This document shows positions 10,467 through 19,868 of a stretch of 64,000 nucleotides of DNA, in pieces (position 1 is the stretch's first letter; each line of letters starts with the position of its first letter). A model generated the notes under the pieces. It was given only the letters and a program-made list of their open reading frames with translations. It was not told the DNA's origin and made no database searches. A program made the position numbers and the translations under genes. Location of the stretch: the NCBI GenBank assembly GCA_016208765.1, contig JACQXK010000009.1, positions 20,819 to 84,818 of the forward strand. Reading direction: 5' to 3'. The stretch is from Candidatus Omnitrophota bacterium. Its GTDB lineage: Bacteria > Omnitrophota > Gorgyraeia > Gygaellales > Profunditerraquicolaceae.

Positions 10467-10494
10467 ATATACCTTGTCACCTCTTAGTTGATAT

Positions 10495-12582
10495 TTGAGT
10501 TTGAGTAATTTTATAGAATTATCGGAGAATAATAAGTTGTCAAAAATAATTGATTACAAAAAAGAATTGAACACGGCGCAATTTGCGGCTGTGCAGTCTA
10601 CTGATGGGCCGCATCTGGTGATCGCCGGGGCCGGAAGCGGCAAGACCAGGGTTCTGACTTATAGGGTGGCGTATTTAGTTGAAAAAGGCATCAGGCCCGA
10701 TGAGATACTGCTGCTTACTTTTACACGCAAGGCATCAGAGGAGATGTTGCGCAGGGCCTCTTTGTTATTGGATGAACGCTGCAATCATGTTTCCGGCGGG
10801 ACATTTCATTCTTTTGCCAACATGGTATTAAGAAAATACGCGCAGGCAGTCGGGATCAGCAATAGTTTTACCATCCTTGACCAGTCAGATGCCGAAGATA
10901 CCGTAAATTTGGTGCGCACTCAGCTCGGGTTCCATAAAACTGATAAACGCTTTCCGCGCAAGGCAGCGCTTCTGGAGCTGATTTCAAAAAGCGTGAATAA
11001 GTCCGAGGATATTGAGAATATCTTGTATGAAGAATACTCTCATTTTATGGAATGGAGCGACGAGGTTAAGAAAATCCGTGATGAATACAAGAAATACAAG
11101 CATCTAAAATCCATGCTGGATTATGACGACCTGCTGGTTTATCTAAAAAATCTTCTTACTACCCACGAAGAGGTGCGATTAACGCTTGCGCGTAAATATA
11201 AATATATTATGGTTGATGAATATCAGGATACCAATAAATTGCAGGCTTATATCGCCTGCCTTTTGGCTTCGGAACATAAGAATATTATGGTCGTAGGCGA
11301 TGATGCTCAGAGCATCTATTCTTTTCGCGGAGCAAATTTTAAAAATATTATAGATTTCCCTAAAATCTTCCCAGGAGCGAAAATAATTGCCCTTGAAGAG
11401 AATTACCGTTCTACCCAGCCGATACTTGATTTGACTAACGCAGTTATCCGCCAGGCGCGCGATAAGTTTGAGAAAAATCTTTTTACGCGTAAGCGAGGAG
11501 ATAAGGCTCCGATTTTTATTGATGCTGAAGATGAGCATGCGCAGTCGCGGTTTATCGCAGATAAGATCTTAGAGCTGCGTGAGGAAGGGGTTGAGTTGGG
11601 AGAGATGGCGGTGTTATTTCGGTCGGGCTGGCACTCTAATGATCTGGAAATTGAGCTTTCAAGCCGGAATATACCTTTTACAAAATACGGCGGGCAAAAA
11701 TTCGTTGAGGCAGCGCACATAAAAGACATTACCGCTTACCTGCGCATAATTTATAATTTATCCGACGAGGTTAGCTGGTACCGTGCGCTTTTATTGATGC
11801 GAGGCATCGGCCCAAAGACAGCCGAGGCAGTTATCCAGCAGATTATTGCCCAGAAAAAAGGCTTAGGCATAGAAGAAAAGTTTTTGCATAAGTCGCAGGA
11901 CTTAAGGCAGCTTTTGGAGCTTTTTTCCAAAGTAAGTTCAGAGAGCCTCAAGCCCGCTGAAATGATAGAAATATTTTTAGGTTACTATCAACCGCTACTT
12001 AAAGACAAATATGATGATTTTCCAAAACGCCTTAACGACCTTGATTCTCTGATGCGCATTGCTGCGCGCTACCGGTCTTTGGAAAGTTTTCTTTCGGACA
12101 TGGCGCTTGATCCGCCGGAGAGAAGCATTGTTGAAGCAGGGTTTAGGGATAAGGATGATTCAAGGCTGACATTATCAACCATACATTCGGCAAAAGGACT
12201 GGAATGGCATACTGTATTTTTAATTTATGTGGCAGAAGGATATATGCCGTCTTATTTGTCATTAGAAAATGAAGATGAGATTGAAGAGGAACGCAGGCTT
12301 TTTTATGTGGCGGCGACACGCGCAAAAGAAAACCTGTTTTTATTAAAACCGCACCTTGACCGCCCGATGCGCGGTATGATGAATGAGGGCCGCCAAATTT
12401 TTACGCAGGTTTCCAGATTTTTGGAGGAAGGAAAGATCTTGGACAGGTTTGTGGATGTGCATGAGCTTGGTCCCCTGGATGCCCTTGATGATCTGGATGT
12501 TGAAGATATCCTTGGCCGCAGGCCTCAGGGAGAAGGAAAGTTTTTTAAAGAAATGCGGGAGTATTTTAATGATGCTCCTTGA
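10495..12582 (+). CDS. UvrD/PcrA/Rep-family ATP-dependent DNA helicase
   Basis: SF1 helicase motifs: GAGSGKTRVLTYR (motif I), MVDEYQDTN (DExx), VGDDAQSIYSFRGA, ENYRST and a C-terminal UvrD_C region. Confidence 0.85.
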   Translation: MSLSNFIELSENNKLSKIIDYKKELNTAQFAAVQSTDGPHLVIAGAGSGKTRVLTYRVAYLVEKGIRPDEILLLTFTRKASEEMLRRASLLLDERCNHVSGGTFHSFANMVLRKYAQAVGISNSFTILDQSDAEDTVNLVRTQLGFHKTDKRFPRKAALLELISKSVNKSEDIENILYEEYSHFMEWSDEVKKIRDEYKKYKHLKSMLDYDDLLVYLKNLLTTHEEVRLTLARKYKYIMVDEYQDTNKLQAYIACLLASEHKNIMVVGDDAQSIYSFRGANFKNIIDFPKIFPGAKIIALEENYRSTQPILDLTNAVIRQARDKFEKNLFTRKRGDKAPIFIDAEDEHAQSRFIADKILELREEGVELGEMAVLFRSGWHSNDLEIELSSRNIPFTKYGGQKFVEAAHIKDITAYLRIIYNLSDEVSWYRALLLMRGIGPKTAEAVIQQIIAQKKGLGIEEKFLHKSQDLRQLLELFSKVSSESLKPAEMIEIFLGYYQPLLKDKYDDFPKRLNDLDSLMRIAARYRSLESFLSDMALDPPERSIVEAGFRDKDDSRLTLSTIHSAKGLEWHTVFLIYVAEGYMPSYLSLENEDEIEEERRLFYVAATRAKENLFLLKPHLDRPMRGMMNEGRQIFTQVSRFLEEGKILDRFVDVHELGPLDALDDLDVEDILGRRPQGEGKFFKEMREYFNDAP

Positions 12583-12696
12583 CAAATGGGGATATAAATG
12601 TTAAGCTTATTCAAGTAAATTAACCCTTTAAGCTGGCCCCGGTGAGGGCGGCAAGGCAAGGAAGAATGAATTGCAAAATTATTATAAACAGGTTAA

Positions 12697-12727
12697 CCTC
12701 CGGCTCAAGAATAGCTGGAGGTTTTTT
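12697..12727 (+). terminator. hairpin + U-tract (terminator of the helicase gene and/or pyrR leader attenuator)
   Basis: cctccggct...agctggagg stem followed by TTTTTT, 15 nt before the pyrR start. Confidence 0.5.
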
Positions 12728-12741
12728 ATTGTAGGAATACC

Positions 12742-13278
12742 ATGAGAGAAAAAGCCAAGATTTTAGATCCAGAAGCAATAAACCGGGCGATGATGCGCAT
12801 TGCCCATGAGATCCTTGAGAAAAATAAAGGCACGGAATCGCTGTGTATTATCGGTATACGCAACCGTGGGGCGTATTTGGCGCAGAGATTAGCAGAGCGT
12901 ATTAAGAAAATTGATGCTGCAGATGTTCCTGTAGGGGTTCTTGATATTACTTTATACCGAGATGATCTTACGCTGATTGCCTCCCAGCCTGTGGTGCATA
13001 AGACAGAGATTAATTTTGACATCAGCGATAAAAACCTGATTTTAGTAGATGATGTTTTATATAGCGGAAGGACGATCCGCGCTGCGCTTGATGCTTTGGT
13101 TGATTTTGGGCGGCCTAAAAGTATTCAACTTGCGGTTTTAATTGACCGCGGGCATCGGGAATTGCCGATTCGCGCGGATTATGTGGGCAAAAACATACCT
13201 ACTGCGCAGACTGAAACAGTTGAGGTCCGCCTTCATGAATGCGACGATAAAGATGAGGTTGTGATTATTGAGAAATAA
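12742..13278 (+). CDS. pyrR: bifunctional pyrimidine operon regulator / uracil phosphoribosyltransferase
   Basis: 178 aa with a PRTase-type motif ([17 protein letters not shown]). It sits directly upstream of pyrB-pyrC. Confidence 0.85.
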   Translation: MREKAKILDPEAINRAMMRIAHEILEKNKGTESLCIIGIRNRGAYLAQRLAERIKKIDAADVPVGVLDITLYRDDLTLIASQPVVHKTEINFDISDKNLILVDDVLYSGRTIRAALDALVDFGRPKSIQLAVLIDRGHRELPIRADYVGKNIPTAQTETVEVRLHECDDKDEVVIIEK

Positions 13279-13301
13279 AATGGTTACTTGGGCTAATAAT
13301 T

Positions 13302-14243
13302 ATGAATTGGAATAAAAAAGATTTATTGGGCCTTGAAGAATTAAGCAAAGAAGAATTAGAACATATTTTGGCCACCGCTGAATCTTTTAAAGAAGTCTCC
13401 ACGCGCGAAATTAAAAAAGTCCCTGCTTTACGCGGAAAAACCGTGGTGAATTTATTTTATGAGCCTTCCACGCGAACACGCGTTTCCTTTGAAGTGGCGG
13501 CAAAAAGATTATCTGCCGACGTGATCAATATCGCTACCGAAACATCAAGCGTAAAAAAAGGCGAAACGTTAATTGATACCGGAAGAAATATTCAGGCGCT
13601 TAAAGCTGATATTATTGTTATGCGGCATAATTATTCAGGGGCAGCGGTAATGCTGGCGCGCCATGTTGATATAAGCGTGGTTAATGCAGGAGATGGCTGG
13701 CATGAACATCCGACACAGGCACTTTTAGATATTTTTACCCTTAAAGAAAAGCTCGGGAGGATTGAGGGTTTGCAAGTGGCGATTGTAGGCGACATTGCGC
13801 ATTCCCGTGTAGCACGCTCAAATATCTGGGGGCTGACAAAACTTGGGGCCGAGGTAACTGTCTGTGCCCCAAAGATTTTAATTCCTCCGGGAATTGAGGA
13901 GATGGGCGCGAAAGTTAGCTTAAATATCAATGAGGCATTAAAAAACGCTGATGCGGTAAATGTGCTACGAATGCAGTTTGAGCGCGATGAATTAAATGCG
14001 TTTCCGAAGCAATTGGAATATTTTAAGGAATTTGGGATCACGAAAGAAAGATTGAAAGAGGCAAAAAAAGGTATAGTTGTAATGCATCCCGGGCCGATAA
14101 ACCGCGGGGTGGAAATGTCCAGTGAAGTTGCTGATGGTGCTAATTCAGTAATTTTGGAGCAGGTGACTAATGGTATTGCTGTGAGGATGGCGGTGTTGTT
14201 TTTAGTTGCACAAGCAAGGGATATTAATGCAAATACTCATTAA
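13302..14243 (+). CDS. pyrB: aspartate carbamoyltransferase catalytic subunit
   Basis: STRTR carbamoyl-phosphate binding motif (EPSTRTRVSFE), HPTQ and HPGP motifs; 313 aa. Confidence 0.9.
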   Translation: MNWNKKDLLGLEELSKEELEHILATAESFKEVSTREIKKVPALRGKTVVNLFYEPSTRTRVSFEVAAKRLSADVINIATETSSVKKGETLIDTGRNIQALKADIIVMRHNYSGAAVMLARHVDISVVNAGDGWHEHPTQALLDIFTLKEKLGRIEGLQVAIVGDIAHSRVARSNIWGLTKLGAEVTVCAPKILIPPGIEEMGAKVSLNINEALKNADAVNVLRMQFERDELNAFPKQLEYFKEFGITKERLKEAKKGIVVMHPGPINRGVEMSSEVADGANSVILEQVTNGIAVRMAVLFLVAQARDINANTH

Positions 14244-15507
14244 AGGCGGCAGGGTGGTTGATCCGGCAAACAATATAGACGGCATTTTTGATATTCTCGT
14301 TGAAAATTCTAAAATTGCTAAAGTGGCAAAGAATATTAAAGATGAAGCTAAATTGGTAATTGATGCTGCTGATAAAATTGTCCTTCCGGGTTTGGTGGAC
14401 ATGCATGTGCATTTAAGAGAGCCGGGTAGAGAAGACAAAGAAACTGTTGAAAGCGGCACAATGGCTGCTGCCCGGGGCGGAGTAACTACGCTTCTGGCTA
14501 TGCCGAATACTTTTCCTGCAATTGATTCAGCTGAAAACGTTTCTCTGTTAAAAGAAATTATTAAAAACAGCGCCAAGGTGAATGTGTTGATTTGCGGGGC
14601 AATTTCCAGGCAAAGGCTGGGAAAGGAACTTACGGATATTGCCGGGCTGCGCTCTGCAGGCGTTGTGGTAATCTCCGACGACGGCTCTTCTGTTGATGAT
14701 CAAGCCTTGCTGCTTGAGGCTTTAAAAAAAGCTAATCAGGAGGATGTTTTAGTATCAAGCCATTGCGAGGATAAGTCGTTATCAGGAAATGGAGTGGTCA
14801 ATCGCGGATTTAATGCTACTCGCCTGGGCCTAAGAGGAATTTCAAAGGAATCTGAATATTTACGGGTAGAAAGAGATATAGAGTTAGCAGAGAAATCCGG
14901 CACAAGAATGCATATCGCGCATGTCAGTTGCAGCGAATCTGTAGAGATCATTGCAAAAGCCAAGAAAAAAGGAGTAAAGGTAACCAGCGAAGCTGCGCCG
15001 CATCACTTTGCCTTAAACGAAGAGGCGGTATTAGGATATGATACGAACATGAAAATGAACCCTCCGCTACGCAGCAAGCAGGATGTAGAGGCGATCAAGA
15101 AAGGTTTAAAGAGCGGAGTAATTGATGCGATTGCCTCGGATCACGCCCCGCATACTGAGAATGAAAAAGATATTGAGTTTGACCGCGCAGAGTTTGGAGT
15201 GATTGGCCTTGAAACCGAATTGTCAGTAGCGATTACAGAGTTGGTAGAGAAAGACGTTCTTGATTGGAAAAAGCTCGTTGAGAAAATGTCATATAACCCG
15301 GCTAAAATTTTAGGTATTGCTAAGGGTGCTCTGGGTGTTGGCAGTGATGCGGACATTGTAATTATTGACCCAAGCAAAGAATGGCTGGTAAAAAAAGAAG
15401 ATTTTTTGTCCAAGTCAAAGAATTCAGCTTTTATCGGCAAAAAGCTTAAAGGAGTAGTTGAATATACGTTCTGCAGTGGTAAGATAATTTATAAAGCTAA
15501 GGAATAA
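14227..15507 (+). CDS. pyrC: dihydroorotase (amidohydrolase family)
   Basis: DxHVHLREPG metal-binding motif plus HIAHVS and DHAPH motifs. The likely start is the ATG at 14227 (MQILIKGGRVVD), overlapping the pyrB end. Confidence 0.85.
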   Translation: MQILIKGGRVVDPANNIDGIFDILVENSKIAKVAKNIKDEAKLVIDAADKIVLPGLVDMHVHLREPGREDKETVESGTMAAARGGVTTLLAMPNTFPAIDSAENVSLLKEIIKNSAKVNVLICGAISRQRLGKELTDIAGLRSAGVVVISDDGSSVDDQALLLEALKKANQEDVLVSSHCEDKSLSGNGVVNRGFNATRLGLRGISKESEYLRVERDIELAEKSGTRMHIAHVSCSESVEIIAKAKKKGVKVTSEAAPHHFALNEEAVLGYDTNMKMNPPLRSKQDVEAIKKGLKSGVIDAIASDHAPHTENEKDIEFDRAEFGVIGLETELSVAITELVEKDVLDWKKLVEKMSYNPAKILGIAKGALGVGSDADIVIIDPSKEWLVKKEDFLSKSKNSAFIGKKLKGVVEYTFCSGKIIYKAKE

Positions 15508-15527
15508 TAAGGGGTTCAGTATTAAAA

Positions 15528-16763
15528 ATGGAATTCATTGCTGATTTTCATATTCATTCAAAATATTCAAGGGCAACCAGTAAGGATATGGATGTTGCCC
15601 ACATTTCTGAATTTGCCAAGCTTAAGGGCATTACCCTGATGGGTACAGGTGATTTTACGCACCACTTATGGCTGGAGGAATTAAAGCATAATTTAGAAGA
15701 TTCCGGGAACGGCCTTTTTAAACATAAAGGGGTTAATTTTATCCTGAGTGCTGAGATAAGCAGCATTTATTCCAAGAATTCAAAAGGTTACAGGATACAT
15801 AATTTAATTTTTGCGCCTTCATTTAAAACAGTAGATAAAATTAATGATGTTTTAGGCAGGTGCGGCAATCTTGCTAGCGACGGAAGGCCGATATTGGGCT
15901 TAGACGCCCAGGAGCTTGCCAGGATAGTTTTTGATATTGATGAAAATTGCATGGTGGTTCCTGCTCATATTTGGACGCCGTGGTTTAGCCTGTTCGGCTC
16001 TATGTCCGGATTTGACAAAATTGAAGATTGTTTTGGAAAAGAAACCGATAAAATTTTTGCCTTAGAAACCGGTTTGTCCAGCGACCCGGGTATGAATTGG
16101 CGCTTAAGCGCTTTAGATAGATTTAGCCTGATCTCTAACAGTGATTCGCATTCTCCGCAGAAGATCGGGCGTGAGGCAAATGTATTTAACTGTGATCTGG
16201 ATTATAAAACGATACGCGAAGTTTTAAAGGCAAAAGACATGAGCAGATTTTTGTACACAATTGAATTTTTTCCTGAAGAGGGGAAGTATCATTATGATGG
16301 CCACAGGCTTTGTGAAACCAGGATGTCTCCAAAAGAAACCAGGAATAATAATGGCAAGTGCCCGAAATGCGGTAAACCTGTAACTGTGGGTGTGATGAAC
16401 CGTGTTGAAAAATTAGCAGACCGCGCAGAAGGCTTTGTTCCTACTGTCAGCATTCCATATAGAAATTTAATTTCTCTTGATGAAATAATTGCTGACGCAA
16501 AAAGTGTTGGGAAGAATTCTATTAGTGTAGAAAGAGACTACCGGAGTTATGTAGCAAAATTCGGGACTGAGTTTGAAATTCTTCTGCGGGCTTCAAAAGA
16601 GGAGTTGCTTAAAGCTCTGCCTGCGCGTGTGGTTGAGGGGGTATTGCGCGTGCGTGAAGGCAAGGTTAATATTAAAGCCGGTTATGATGGCGAGTATGGT
16701 ATTATCTCAATCTTTGGAAACGAAGAAAAAGAAAAAAGCGAGAAACAATTAAGTTTATTTTAA
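15528..16763 (+). CDS. PHP-domain protein with C-terminal zinc ribbon, endonuclease Q-like
   Basis: N-terminal HIHSKYSRATS PHP metal site, further PAHIWTP and SDSHSP His motifs, and a CPKCGKPVTVGV zinc ribbon. This architecture resembles archaeal/Bacillus EndoQ. Confidence 0.5.
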   Translation: MEFIADFHIHSKYSRATSKDMDVAHISEFAKLKGITLMGTGDFTHHLWLEELKHNLEDSGNGLFKHKGVNFILSAEISSIYSKNSKGYRIHNLIFAPSFKTVDKINDVLGRCGNLASDGRPILGLDAQELARIVFDIDENCMVVPAHIWTPWFSLFGSMSGFDKIEDCFGKETDKIFALETGLSSDPGMNWRLSALDRFSLISNSDSHSPQKIGREANVFNCDLDYKTIREVLKAKDMSRFLYTIEFFPEEGKYHYDGHRLCETRMSPKETRNNNGKCPKCGKPVTVGVMNRVEKLADRAEGFVPTVSIPYRNLISLDEIIADAKSVGKNSISVERDYRSYVAKFGTEFEILLRASKEELLKALPARVVEGVLRVREGKVNIKAGYDGEYGIISIFGNEEKEKSEKQLSLF

Positions 16764-16795
16764 AATATTCTTAATCCCGCTTTCCCCTTCAAATT

Positions 16796-16831
16796 GGAAA
16801 CAGTTTCCGCTTTAATCCAGAAACTGTTTCC
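16796..16831 (+). terminator. 12-bp-stem hairpin downstream of the PHP gene
   Basis: ggaaacagtttc-cgctttaatcca-gaaactgtttcc perfect inverted repeat; no clear U-tract. Confidence 0.4.
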
Positions 16832-16883
16832 AGGGTAATCGGGACAGTGGGTCTGGGTCAGTTGTCAGTTGTAATTGAAATAC

Positions 16884-16955
16884 GCCCCTGTCGCCCAATG
16901 GATAGGGCACTGGCCTCCGAAGCCAGTTGTACAGGTTCGACTCCTGTCAGGGGCA
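16884..16955 (+). tRNA. tRNA-Arg (anticodon CCG)
   Basis: Acceptor GCCCCTG/CAGGGGC, anticodon stem CTGGC/GCCAG with loop CTCCGAA, T-arm GGTTCGACTCC; 72 nt, no encoded CCA. Confidence 0.75.
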
Positions 16956-17038
16956 TGAATAAGCCGTGGAACAGGTCAATTGTAACTGCTTGTAAGTCAA
17001 TGAGATAATGAGAAACAACCCTGAATTTGAGGAGAAAT

Positions 17039-17497
17039 ATGCAGAAAAAAGTAGTTGGGGTGGTTGGTGGGAGGGAATGCACGGTTGAGGTGGAGCAACT
17101 TGCCCATAAGTTAGGCAAAGAACTGGTAAGAGTGGCAGATGTGTTAGTTTCCGGCGGTTTAGGTGGAGCAATGGAGGCAGCAACATCAGGTTTTAAAAGT
17201 GCTGGAGGCTTAACCATAGGTATTTTACCCGGTTACAACAAAATTGATGCAAATAAACATGTAGACATAGCAATTCCTACAGGTTTAGGTTTAGCGCGTA
17301 ATGTTTTAGTAGTTAAATCAGCTGATGTGGTTGTGGCTTTGCCGGGCAATGCAGGGACTCTTTCTGAGATTGCTTATTGTTTGCAGTTTGATATTCCGGT
17401 AATTAGCTTAAATTCCTGGGATATTCCCGGGGTTATAAAGGTAAATACAATAGAAGAAGCAATTGCGCAAGTGGCATTGCGATTGGAGAAGAAATGA
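17039..17497 (+). CDS. TIGR00725/LOG-like Rossmann-fold nucleotide-binding protein
   Basis: GGxGxMEA and PGGxGTLxE motifs of the lysine-decarboxylase-like (LOG/SLOG) family. ATG at 17039 has a GGAG RBS; the ORF track starts at TTG 17027. Confidence 0.6.
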   Translation: MQKKVVGVVGGRECTVEVEQLAHKLGKELVRVADVLVSGGLGGAMEAATSGFKSAGGLTIGILPGYNKIDANKHVDIAIPTGLGLARNVLVVKSADVVVALPGNAGTLSEIAYCLQFDIPVISLNSWDIPGVIKVNTIEEAIAQVALRLEKK

Positions 17498-19062
17498 AGC
17501 AGAGTGTTGTAATTTTAGGCGGTGGCCCAAACAGGATTGGCCAGGGTATTGAATTTGATTATTGTTGTTGTCATGCTGCCTTTGCCTTAAAAGAAGAGGG
17601 TGTTGAAAGTATTATGATTAATTGTAACCCCGAAACAGTCTCCACAGACTATGATACTTCAGACCGCCTGTACTTTGAGCCGCTGACATTTGAAGATATT
17701 ATGAGCATCATTGAATTAGAAAAACCAATGGGTGTTATTGTGCAATTTGGAGGGCAGACGCCTTTAAATCTTGCGGTTTCTCTGCGTAAGGCAGGGGTTA
17801 ATCTGTTGGGGACCAGCGCCGATTCAATTGATATTGCAGAGGACAGGAAGCGTTTTAAGCAAATGCTTGACAAACTTGGTTTGTTACAGCCTGCCAATGG
17901 CACGGTATTTACTTTTGAAGAAGCAAAAGAAGTTGCACGGGAAATCGGCTATCCTGTGTTGGTGAGGCCTTCTTATGTTTTAGGCGGCAGGGCTATGGAA
18001 ATTGTTTATGACGAGTCAACTCTTGCCAGGTTTATTAAGGAGGCAGCTGCAGTTTCCGGAGAGCATCCGGTTTTAATTGATAAATTCCTTGAAGATGCGA
18101 TTGAGGTGGATGCCGACCTGATTGGAGACGGAGAAAACTTTGTCATCGGCGGGATTATGGAGCATATTGAGGAAGCGGGGATTCATTCCGGCGATTCAGC
18201 AATGGCCCTGCCTACCTTTACGCTTTCAAAAGAAATCCTGGAAAAGATCCGTGAGGCCACAATTAAAATGGCAAAAGAATTAAATATCCTGGGCCTAATG
18301 AATGTGCAATACGCGGTTAAGGATGGCAAGGCCTTTGTTTTAGAAGTTAATCCGCGCGCCTCCCGCACCGTGCCTTTTGTTTCAAAGGTCATCGGAGTGC
18401 CGCTTGCGAAATTGGCCACTAAAATCATGCTCGGTAAAAAGCTGAAAGACCTGGGTTTTAGTAAGGAAATAATCCCAAATCATGTGGCGGTAAAAGAATC
18501 TGTATTTCCATTTAACCGTTTTCCGGGAGTGGATATAATCCTTGGCCCGGAGATGAAATCAGCCGGAGAGGTCATGGGGATGGATGTTGATTTCGGCAGG
18601 GCGTTTTTAAAAAGCCAGATTGCCGCCGGGCAGCATTTACCCAAAAAAGGCAATGTGTTTATTTCAGTGCGCGACCGCGACAAGAACGCGATTGTGCCGA
18701 TTGCAAAAAAACTGGCAGGCCTTGGTTTTTCTTTGTATGCCAGTTCTGGCACAGCAGCCTCGCTTGTGGAAAATGGGGTTGAGGTTAAGATTCTGCCTAA
18801 GCTCGCTGAAGGAAGGCCGAATGTAATTGACTTGATGAAAGACGGTAAGATCCAGTTGGTAATTAATACGCCTTCAGGCAGGGTGCCGCGCGAGGATGAA
18901 GTAAAAATACGTTCTCATGTTGTTTGGTATAATATTGCTTATACTACGACTATTTCCGGAGCGCAGGCAACAGTAAATGGAATTGAAGCCCTGTTGAAGG
19001 AAGAATTGGGAGTAAAACCTTTGCAGGAATATTATAGTAAGGGAAAAAAGAAACAAAAATAA
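17494..19062 (+). CDS. carB: carbamoyl-phosphate synthase large subunit, C-terminal half (second ATP-grasp + MGS-like domain) as a separate gene
   Basis: Colinear with E. coli CarB residues ~555-1070 (LGGGPNRIGQGIEFDYCCCHA, NCNPETVSTDYDTSDRLYFEP, SYVLGGRAMEIVYDE, MEHIEEAGIHSGDS). A methionine start sits exactly at the domain boundary. Confidence 0.85.
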   Translation: MKQSVVILGGGPNRIGQGIEFDYCCCHAAFALKEEGVESIMINCNPETVSTDYDTSDRLYFEPLTFEDIMSIIELEKPMGVIVQFGGQTPLNLAVSLRKAGVNLLGTSADSIDIAEDRKRFKQMLDKLGLLQPANGTVFTFEEAKEVAREIGYPVLVRPSYVLGGRAMEIVYDESTLARFIKEAAAVSGEHPVLIDKFLEDAIEVDADLIGDGENFVIGGIMEHIEEAGIHSGDSAMALPTFTLSKEILEKIREATIKMAKELNILGLMNVQYAVKDGKAFVLEVNPRASRTVPFVSKVIGVPLAKLATKIMLGKKLKDLGFSKEIIPNHVAVKESVFPFNRFPGVDIILGPEMKSAGEVMGMDVDFGRAFLKSQIAAGQHLPKKGNVFISVRDRDKNAIVPIAKKLAGLGFSLYASSGTAASLVENGVEVKILPKLAEGRPNVIDLMKDGKIQLVINTPSGRVPREDEVKIRSHVVWYNIAYTTTISGAQATVNGIEALLKEELGVKPLQEYYSKGKKKQK

Positions 19063-19067
19063 ATAAA

Positions 19068-19868
19068 ATGCCTGAATTGCCAGAAGTTGAAACTGTAAAA
19101 AGAGAATTGGCCCAAGCGATTGTTGGTAAGAAGATAGTTGAGGTAATTATTAATAATCCTAAGGTTATCCGCCAGCCCAAGCCAAAAGAATTTTCCGAAG
19201 GCTTGAAAAACCTGAGCGTTAAAGAAATACTTCGTAAGGGGAAGTTATTAATTATTCAGCTTTCAAACGGCAAATCTTTGGCAATTCATTTAAAGATGAC
19301 CGGCCAGCTTATTTTTCCCGGAGACGGTTCAAACAGCAGGGTAAGTTTTAAGTTTTCAGACGGTAAATTTATGGACTTTCGCGACCGGCGCCTGTTTGCA
19401 GAGCTTTCTCTGGTAAACGACTGGAGAGAGCTGAAATTTATAAAATCATTAGGGCCGGAGCCGTTTGATTTAACCCAAAGCGAATTCAGGCAGATGCTTA
19501 TTAAAAAGAATTCTAAAATAAAGCCGCTCTTGATGGATCAGAATTTTGTTTCCGGGATAGGAAACCTTTATGCTGCCGAGGCGTTGTTCCGGGCGAGGAT
19601 CCATCCTGAGAGAAAGGCCTCTAGTTTAACTGAAAAAGAAACAAACTTGCTTTTTAAAGAGATCAACGGCACACTCCATGAAGCAATTAAGTCTAAGGGT
19701 TCATCAATAGACCAGTATGTGCAATTAGACGGCCAGCGCGGAGGGTATGTTAAATATCACAAGGTTTATGGCAGGCAAAATAAGCCTTGCCTGGTTTGTA
19801 AGATGCCGATTAAAAGGATTAGCATGGGGGGCAGGGGTACATATTTTTGCCCAAGGTGTCAAAAATGA
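19068..19868 (+). CDS. mutM: formamidopyrimidine-DNA glycosylase
   Basis: N-terminal MPELPEVE catalytic Pro2/Glu, an H2TH region and a C-terminal CxxC...CxxC zinc finger. Confidence 0.9.
   Translation: MPELPEVETVKRELAQAIVGKKIVEVIINNPKVIRQPKPKEFSEGLKNLSVKEILRKGKLLIIQLSNGKSLAIHLKMTGQLIFPGDGSNSRVSFKFSDGKFMDFRDRRLFAELSLVNDWRELKFIKSLGPEPFDLTQSEFRQMLIKKNSKIKPLLMDQNFVSGIGNLYAAEALFRARIHPERKASSLTEKETNLLFKEINGTLHEAIKSKGSSIDQYVQLDGQRGGYVKYHKVYGRQNKPCLVCKMPIKRISMGGRGTYFCPRCQK

Noticed and set aside
16884-16955. The cctgtcgcc string inside tRNA-Arg as another heptamer-family copy
   Set aside because: It is a single unit forming part of the tRNA acceptor/D region, not a tandem array. Chance match.
16858-17217. 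Minus-strand ORFs 16858-17217 and 16947-17186 overlapping tRNA-Arg and the LOG-like gene
   Set aside because: They overlap a confidently folded tRNA and a sense-strand gene, and their translation is proline/threonine low-complexity.
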